DNA of 64,000 nt. Source: Minutocellus sp. GHC0000111. Its lineage: Eukaryota. A model generated the notes under the pieces. That model saw nothing but the letters and a program-made list of their open reading frames with translations, was not told the DNA's origin and ran no database searches. Each line of letters opens with the position of its first letter. Position 1 is the stretch's first letter. Positions 56,801-64,000 of the stretch are shown piece by piece. A program made the translations under genes and the position numbers. The stretch is taken from assembly GCA_977018835.1 (NCBI GenBank), contig OZ361257.1, positions 3,844,001 to 3,908,000 on the forward strand, written 5' to 3'.

Positions 56801-59536
56801 TGCTCAGGCCCCAGCAGCTCCAGGTGTAACATCTGGTTCAACCGCAAACGACCGTCTTAAGGCAAAGATGAGCCAAGGCGCCACAGATGGAAGTGGCGCA
56901 GCTCCTGGTGTATCAGCTGGAGCCACCGCAAACGACCGGCTCAAAGCGAAGACGCTGGGTGGCGCCAGCAATGCCAGCCAAAATGCATCTGCTGGAGACA
57001 GAATAAAAGCGTAAGTTTTGGTGCTTCAATTTATTGTCCGATGCCATTGGATGATTCTCGGGTTCTGACCCCCATTTCTCTCTCTCTCTCTCCCTCTCTC
57101 TCTCCCCCCTTCAACGTATCACAGGAAAATGCAAGGTGGTAGCGAAATAGCTGGAGCTGCCATCGGTGCGGTAGCAGCTGGGGGTACCGTTATGGCTGCA
57201 GCAGCCAACCAGACCGGCATGCCTGATGTTGTGTCAGGCGTTGAAAACACACCAGAAGGCATGATTAACGAGAAGGCTGCTTCTGGATTATCCATGTCAA
57301 TGAACGAAAAGCTCCGACAGGGTAGTGATGTTTCCGCAAAAACCAAGCAGCAACAGGGCAAATCGTCAACTTCCGCCGACCAATTCTTGCGAGACCTTGA
57401 TAATCGAGTTGATCGCAAGATGCAGGACGGTACTCTTGAAGGCCTCAATAGCGAAACAGACAAGCTCGCCTACAATGGCAAAAAGGATGAGACGGATCGC
57501 CGAAAGTCCATGGAATCTGATAAGGGCGAAAAGGGCGATGGCAAAGACTTTGACGACGGTCGCACCGATACTGATCTTACCGATCTTGGTGATCCTGGTG
57601 ACTTAGACGAGTTGCTCGCTGGCGATGTCCTTCCTGCCGAGGTAGCCGTCGACGAGGGCGGTGCCCTCCAAGCCACTCTCGCCCTCGAGGAAGAATTGAA
57701 GCAGGCCGTCAACGCCGGTGCGATCAAAACGCTGCAAGAGGTCGAAGCGGAAGAGCTTGAAGAGGCCCTCAAGGAAGAAGACTCTCGTCTGAAGAAGTAC
57801 TGGAAGAAGTTCACTGTCTTTGGTATCATCGTGGCAATAGTGGTTGGTGTAAGCGCTGGCCTCACGCGAGGCAAGGCCAAGAATCTCACATTCATGGAGC
57901 TTGAAGATATTTGCAATTACACCAACACAAGAGCACCTTGGTTGAGGAGCGCAGTGAGTATACAAATGCGGTGGGTCTGCTCCTTTGGGATTATCCTCCT
58001 TCACAATAATTTTCTCACCCTTTTCATACGCTCTGGCTCATCCAATGTGTATCGTTACAGGAACTTCGAGACGAAGAGAAGGAATACCTCGACATTCAAT
58101 TCAAAGACGGCACCTTTGCACCGATTCTTCGGGGCTTTGCCACGTCCGTGTCCATGTCCTACGACGGAACACGTGCCGCCGTGGCCGGACGCTTCGGCGA
58201 TGAATTCCATGTCTTTGAGAGAGATACCGAAGAGAACTTTACCAAGGCAGAATGGAAGGTCGTTGGTGGAGTCATTCCCATGCTCCATTCGCACATGGCT
58301 GATAAGTACGAGGAACTGGAAGAACATCAGTCCGACGTCGCGCTATCCGGCGACGGCACCGTCGTAGCCTGTGGTTATCCTTACTACCGAACCGACGAGG
58401 AGTATGACGGCAAGTATGAAAAGTGGGGAGCCGTCGCCGTTTACAGAATCGGCAAAAGTGGCGAATGGGAGTTGATGGGCGAGCCCTTCTACGGCGAAGG
58501 CCCCAGAGACTACCTCGGTCAAGCTGTTGCTCTGTCCGAAGATGGCACCGTCGTTGCCTTTGGAGAATTCCGCAACACCTTCCGAACCGGTCGCATCACC
58601 GTCCACAAATGGAATGGCGAGGAATGGACCACCATCGGCATCATCCCCGGCAAGGACCGTGGCGAGCAACTTGGCGGCGAGATATCTCTTTCCAGGGACG
58701 GCACCATCGTGGCCGCCAGTGCTCAATACGGCGGCAATGACGGAAACGGAGAAGCCCGAGTGTACCAAATGGTAGGTGGAACGGGAGATCCCACCACGGA
58801 TTGGGTGCAGATGGGAACCGACATCGTCGCCGCTCCGGGATATCCCTACTTTGGATGGCCCGTCTCCCTTTCGGGCAATGGAACTCGTCTAGCTACGGCC
58901 AGTGCCAGCTTTGAGAGCGACGGTGACATCGAGGGGGGTCTCGACGCTGGCACTGTCTGGGTCTTTGAGTACAACCCCACCATTGCCGACTGGGAAGTCC
59001 TCGGTGAGCCCATCGATGGTGCCACCGGAGGCGACGGACTTGGTTGGGGCCTAGCCCTGTCGGCAGATGGCCGCACGGTCGCTGCCGGTGCTCCCAACTC
59101 GGACACCTACCTTTCCGAGGCCGGGTATGTCGCTGTCTTCCGCTATCTGTGCGGCAACTGGACCCAGATGGGCAAGGACATTGAAGGTCTCAAGCCAGAC
59201 AGTTGGACCGGTCTTACCGTCAGCTTGTCTGAAAATGGAGTGTACCTCGCCGCCGGTTCTCCCTACGACTATTCTGGCGAAATCGGCAAACCGGGCTACG
59301 TCCGGCTGTTTGAGTCGCCGTTTGACTTTGACTACATCGACCTCCGCACCGACGACTACGGCATCCCCAACAACGACACCGTCAAGTTGATCAAGGGCAG
59401 TCTGCCCGAGGGTGGTGCCGGCAACAAGATTTTAGAAGCTGCGTTGGCCGGCAAGAGCACGGTGAACGTTCGAGGCAAAATGTTGAGACGACGGATGAAC
59501 ACTCGGTACGAATTGTCGTATGAAAGAGAGCGATGA
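53824..59536 (+). CDS. Large single-pass membrane protein: helical repeats, about 19 ANDRL(R/K)AKM repeats, TM helix, FG-GAP-like beta-propeller; exons 53824-55390, 55492-57010, 57125-57953, 58061-59536; in-frame TAG at 56064
   Basis: Three GT-AG introns each restore the frame; TM FTVFGIIVAIVVGVSAGL; about seven (G)x(V)xLSxDGxxxAxG blades. Confidence 0.85.
55190..57010 (+). repeat. Coding tandem repeat, about 85-110 bp unit (APGVSMGS[S/T]ANDRL[R/K]AKMQQG)
   Basis: About 19 copies visible in translation and in the DNA. Confidence 0.95.
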
Positions 59537-59984
59537 GGATGACTTATAGAGATGTAAGAATGCTTGCATGGATGGATAGTCAAACATCAGAAGATTTTGT
59601 ATTATGTATATAGAGCTATATTTTTGCGTTCGAGAGCCATGCCTTTTCAACAAACAGGCAAGGCGTATTCATAATAACATTTAAAAGGTGTAATTAATTA
59701 CCGGTACTTTTCAACAGACTGATCCTCGTGTATGTCGATGGGTAGATAGACATTTGCCGTATTTTGGTTTTCCTTTGCGTCGTTGCCTGTGTTGTTCTTC
59801 TTCTTCAGCCTCAACTGTTGGCTGGCCGGCGATGGTATCCGGGTTTCTTTGTGGTCCCGGCCCGCCAACTGACGCGCGATGACCCATGTTCGCTTTCTTT
59901 CTTCGAATTTATCATCGGAACGCAAATTCCTTCAACCAAGACCAGCCTAACACAACCATCAGCCCCCCGCCTCGGCACCTAACC

Positions 59985-61538
59985 ATGGAAGTTGGGACCG
60001 GCGGTGACATGGCCACCCAGTCCCCCTCGAGCGTCGTCATGGTCCTCGCCGACGCCCCGCCGGAGCCATCAGCATTAGGCAGCGCATCGCGTGACACGAC
60101 CGCGGCGGCGGCGCAAGTCGCACAAGGAAGCAATAGCCAAAGTGCCGATTTGTGCGTCGTAAAGAAAGGAGACGTCAACGCTGCACCTCTTCCTCCTCGG
60201 TCGGACCCTCCGGATGCCCTTGCCGATGCGCCGTCAACACCAAAGACTCCGCAGACTCCCGCATCTTCTGTGCAGTATGCATGCGATAACGCCGAACACA
60301 ACAATATCGCAGAAGAACAAGACGATGCCGACGAAGATGACGGAGATTCTTCTTCGGACGAGGAAGAATACGAACGAACACCGACCGGCGCCTCCCGGTT
60401 TCTGCTGCCGGACACGACCGACACGTACCAGGAAAGCCCGGTCAAGTTCCGACCGGTCGTCGTGCTCGAAAAAGAGAGCCAGCGCAGCCCCCGAAAGAAG
60501 CTGATGGCAGCAGATGCCTCCCAGAATGAGTACGTCGAGGGCGAAAAGAGGTCGGCCGATGGCTTGGAGAGCATCGGCCTGCCCACCATCGACGAGGCCA
60601 TGGGGCCTTCATCTATAAATGGGACTAAAAGCAGCGGGACACGTCCGCCCTTGTCGGGAAGCTCCGCTGGAAATAATAACAATCGGAGAAGTCGGAGATC
60701 TACCGCCAGTGGAAGCAACGGCAGCAGTCGGGGTGGATCAGGCAGAACATCGACCACCAACACCACCGGAGGGGACATACTCACGGCCATACTCGACCGG
60801 ACCCTCACGCTGATGGGATGTGCCTCCACGTCCAACGCCTTCAGTTGTGGCCGTGCCGGTAGCAGAAGGAAGAATGCTGCCGGTAGCTGTCGATGCGGTG
60901 GAGGAAGCGCCGACGATGACGTGCTGTGGGACGGCGACGTCGACGATACCGCCACGGTCAACTCGGTCCATGTGCCGAGTCCCAGGGCCAGCCCGAGGGC
61001 CAGCCCCAAGCAGATGGCCGATTTGAACGGCCGGGTCCAGATCCAGATGCGCACCAGTGCAGCTGTTGGTGATACCAGTGGCACCGTCGCTCATCAGGCG
61101 GCAACGGCAGCAGCCGCGGCAGCCTCGGTGGAGGGCAAATCTGCCCACTACAAGACCAACCGAAACACCAAAAGCCGCGGCATGGGATGCACGGGCACCG
61201 GTGGCAAGTACGTGGCGTCGTCCCCGCTGACCACCACGGTACCGTTCGATGCCAACGATCTGTCGACCATCGTGCCCGATGCGTCGGATGCTCATCACCT
61301 ACCAACAACAACAACAACAACAACAACTACTACGACGACGTCGAGGGCAACTGAAGAAGGAGATGGCAGTGCCGCATCTCCCAAGGGCGGCACAACAGAT
61401 GACGACGACGACGACAACGACGAGGCGCTCTTGTCTCCCACGCATTTCTTCCGGCCGGTATCGTTCGATATCGACGAGAGTTCGTTGGCCGGTTCCATCG
61501 CCGGTTCGCTGGCCAGCGCCATCCGTGGTGTGAGGTAG
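59985..61538 (+). CDS. Hypothetical low-complexity (S/T/A/D-rich) protein
   Basis: Long uninterrupted ORF with ACCATGG start context; no recognisable domain. Confidence 0.6.
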   Translation: MEVGTGGDMATQSPSSVVMVLADAPPEPSALGSASRDTTAAAAQVAQGSNSQSADLCVVKKGDVNAAPLPPRSDPPDALADAPSTPKTPQTPASSVQYACDNAEHNNIAEEQDDADEDDGDSSSDEEEYERTPTGASRFLLPDTTDTYQESPVKFRPVVVLEKESQRSPRKKLMAADASQNEYVEGEKRSADGLESIGLPTIDEAMGPSSINGTKSSGTRPPLSGSSAGNNNNRRSRRSTASGSNGSSRGGSGRTSTTNTTGGDILTAILDRTLTLMGCASTSNAFSCGRAGSRRKNAAGSCRCGGGSADDDVLWDGDVDDTATVNSVHVPSPRASPRASPKQMADLNGRVQIQMRTSAAVGDTSGTVAHQAATAAAAAASVEGKSAHYKTNRNTKSRGMGCTGTGGKYVASSPLTTTVPFDANDLSTIVPDASDAHHLPTTTTTTTTTTTTSRATEEGDGSAASPKGGTTDDDDDDNDEALLSPTHFFRPVSFDIDESSLAGSIAGSLASAIRGVR

Positions 61539-62499
61539 AATCCAAGCCAATTCCCACTTACCGAAATTTTGTACATTTGTTCATTGTTGATATTACCATT
61601 CATTCATTATCTGTATCTTTAGAGGAGAGTTCCTAGATCTACGTAAGAAATACCATATGATGGCCACTGCCCCTTGCCAATGATAACTTTGGGAAGGGAG
61701 AAAAATGCATGCCACCAGCCCTGCGGTCAATGACTCATTAAAGATTGCGAGTTGACTACACTAGGAACATTCGTTTGTAACAAGTAGGATACTTACACTA
61801 ATTAATTGCAATCGCTAAAACCTCCACCACATAAAACCTCCAAGAAACGCGGCCTACTTGCCAGCCATTCAAATGAAAGTGCCGTAACAGAGGACCGAAA
61901 CATGCGCACGTCTCCAACTCGTTACACAACGCATGTAAAAAATGTCAACCTTACCAAAACACTTGAATCAAAGAAATGAATTACCACATATTAAAAGGGC
62001 TCTAGAGGGCAAGACTTGCCACTCTGGGTCGCACTCACACTTGTAGCAGTCCCCGTAGGTGGGTCAAGGGCCAGAGAGTGTAAGCATTTTGTATGGTAAA
62101 TGGCGGATTAAGGACTGCCTTCGGAAGGTGAGTTTGGGGTGGGTTTGGAGGCCGAAGGCAAGATTTTTTTGAATTTTGGGAGTGCTAGGGAGTGGTTTCT
62201 GGTGTACGTACTACAATGTAGTCCCCTGGACATTTGATGCCAATGTGATGGAAATGTCCGGGGGACTACCTAGTAATACGTACGTAGACGCAAGCTGTAG
62301 TCAAAGTTTGTTGCTACTGCTTTCGCTGATGCTACATGTGCGGCAAGTCACTCTGATTGCGTCCATGCAGCAGCGCTAACAATGCAAGCAAAGTGCAAAT
62401 AACAAGCATCTTATATATTTATATCTCCATATCGCACAATGTGATCATCCAGTGCGTGTGGCAGGCAGCACACTTGCTTCTTCTGCCTCCTGCCTGCTA

Positions 62500-63700
62500 C
62501 GTGGTTGGTCGAGAGAGCCTAATTTGTCGAGTTAATTTCTGGACAATCATTTTCACGCCATTCAAGAACTGAACCTGGCCTCTCTTGCACATCCTGTCTC
62601 CATTCGGTTCTACTGATATCAGTTCATACCAACGTATTTTTACTATCCAATCATTCTTCTGGAACGAATTTGTGCTGCTGCTGTGTAGCAGCAGCAGAGA
62701 GACTGGGGGGGCGTCCAACTTTCTTGCCGGCCCCTCCTCTCGTCCAAGGAAGTGCTCGTCATCCGGATTCAACCTTCGTTCTGATCGAACACAACCTTCT
62801 CATGCTCAGATGGGCAATCGTAATTTATCGCCGGCTCGTGCAGCAACGCCTGCTCTTGCCGCCTCTTTGCTCTGTGTGTGGCCGGCCGACCGTCGTGTCA
62901 GTCACCTCATGTTCATGAGGCAGAGGCACTTGTCAGAAGGAGCAGCAGACGGCACCGAACTTGGCTGACTGCTTGGCTTCAAAGATGGCTTGGAAGTGGG
63001 AATGATTGTGCTCAACCTTAACGTGAGTGGATCGAAGCACTGCTCAGCATTGGTCTCGCCTGCCTGGGAGGAGAGAGGTGGTAGAGGCAGCAGGTCTTCG
63101 TCTACCTCGTCGGAACCCACCGTCAAAGTGCACTCATTTGAGACCATCACGTCAACTCCTTTGTGCAAGCCGCATTTGGAACATCTAGAGACACACCTTT
63201 TTGAACACCTCAGCATGTTTCTTGTAATTAGGGTTTGCTTCTACCACCCTTGAGAAATGAGCACACACTTTGAAGTGCCACTCTTCGTTCCGAAAATCCT
63301 TTGGTTCTTACAAAATTCTCTTCTTAATTACATCAGGGTCGTTATTATAAGTAATGTTGCTTGTTGGCAATTGGTTGTGCTATCAACTGGCACAATGTCC
63401 CATTTCAGCGATGTCGGTTTGCAATTGCTTTGCTTTCGGCGATGGTTCCTGTTTTTCGAGGATCTCAAGAGCGACTTGTTCGACTGTTTGATATCCAGTC
63501 AAACAAGTCATGGAAATATGTGCCAGGATTGATTCATTTTGCTCCGTCGCTTTCGTTTTTCTTTTGCCCTCCATCCACCATTCAGCAACCATGGCGCCGT
63601 TGATCACCACCAGCCCGGCCAAGTGGCGGAGGAACAAGCCCGGTGCCGCAGCGCCGGAATCGTCGGCATGCTGTGCCATCGTTGACGACGAGCCCTCAAA
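62500..63700 (-). pseudogene. Possible degenerate gene with a PTSKPS/PSSQPS linker
   Basis: Fragmented minus-strand ORFs, one carrying the P-S/T-x-x-P-S repeat common in diatom extracellular proteins. Confidence 0.3.
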
Positions 63701-64000
63701 AAGTTTCGGCGTATCATCGGCCTCGCCGCCGTCCTATCCATTATGTCTGTCGGTCCGTTTCCTCGTCCTGGCGACCCTGGTCACGTGCTGGGTTGGCTTC
63801 TTCCAGAACTTTCGATCGCAAGGTTATCATCAAGGTGGTAGATCGGACGGCAGGTATGCATTAGATGATTCTATATTTGCAGAGAGCCATGGCAGTGCGG
63901 CAGCTGCGAGGGGAGCCGTGCGTCGCCGAAGAGGACGGCAAGAAGCCAAAGTAGGACCCCGAGATGGCACAGATTTTCCAGAAACCAAAGTAGGCGAGGG

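Noticed and set aside
58061..59536. Beta-propeller as a RAG2-like protein
   Set aside because: FG-GAP-like blades spliced to a TM protein, 34 kb from the transposon and outside its TIRs.
61630..62290. Possible MITE
   Set aside because: Only weak, short inverted matches; no convincing TIR pair or TSD.

Overview
Eukaryotic nuclear DNA, most likely from a diatom: bipartite signal plus ASAF-type plastid presequences, GT-AG introns, helicase-associated (HA) domain family genes and a diatom-type myosin. The window is gene-dense, with about 25 genes or pseudogenes: COG8 3' end, RPL11, UDP-glucose dehydrogenase, TauE, HAD hydrolase, S41 protease, Hsp33, TSG101, succinyl-CoA ligase alpha, sulfotransferase, B-lectin, kinase, myosin, a large repeat/beta-propeller membrane protein and three NYN ribonuclease genes. 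Four transposon-derived segments all lie in head-to-head intergenic spaces. The most striking observation is a 2600-bp CAC...GTG DNA transposon (21264-23863, 4-bp ATCT target duplication) with a Transib/Chapaev/RAG1-type C-terminal motif. Its two ends carry the same internal block offset by exactly 11 bp (heptamer-12-CGGATGA versus heptamer-23-CGGATGA), a 12/23 RSS-like geometry. Also notable: an internally deleted non-LTR retroelement with a perfect 18-bp TSD, a transposase N-terminus joined in frame to an NYN-RRM ribonuclease paralog, and an apparent Tyr-to-Cys/His (TpA-loss) mutation signature in the repeat-derived ORFs. Several conserved genes have single-base frameshifts or stops, probably partly assembly error. 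All family assignments come from motif recognition by eye, not database searches.
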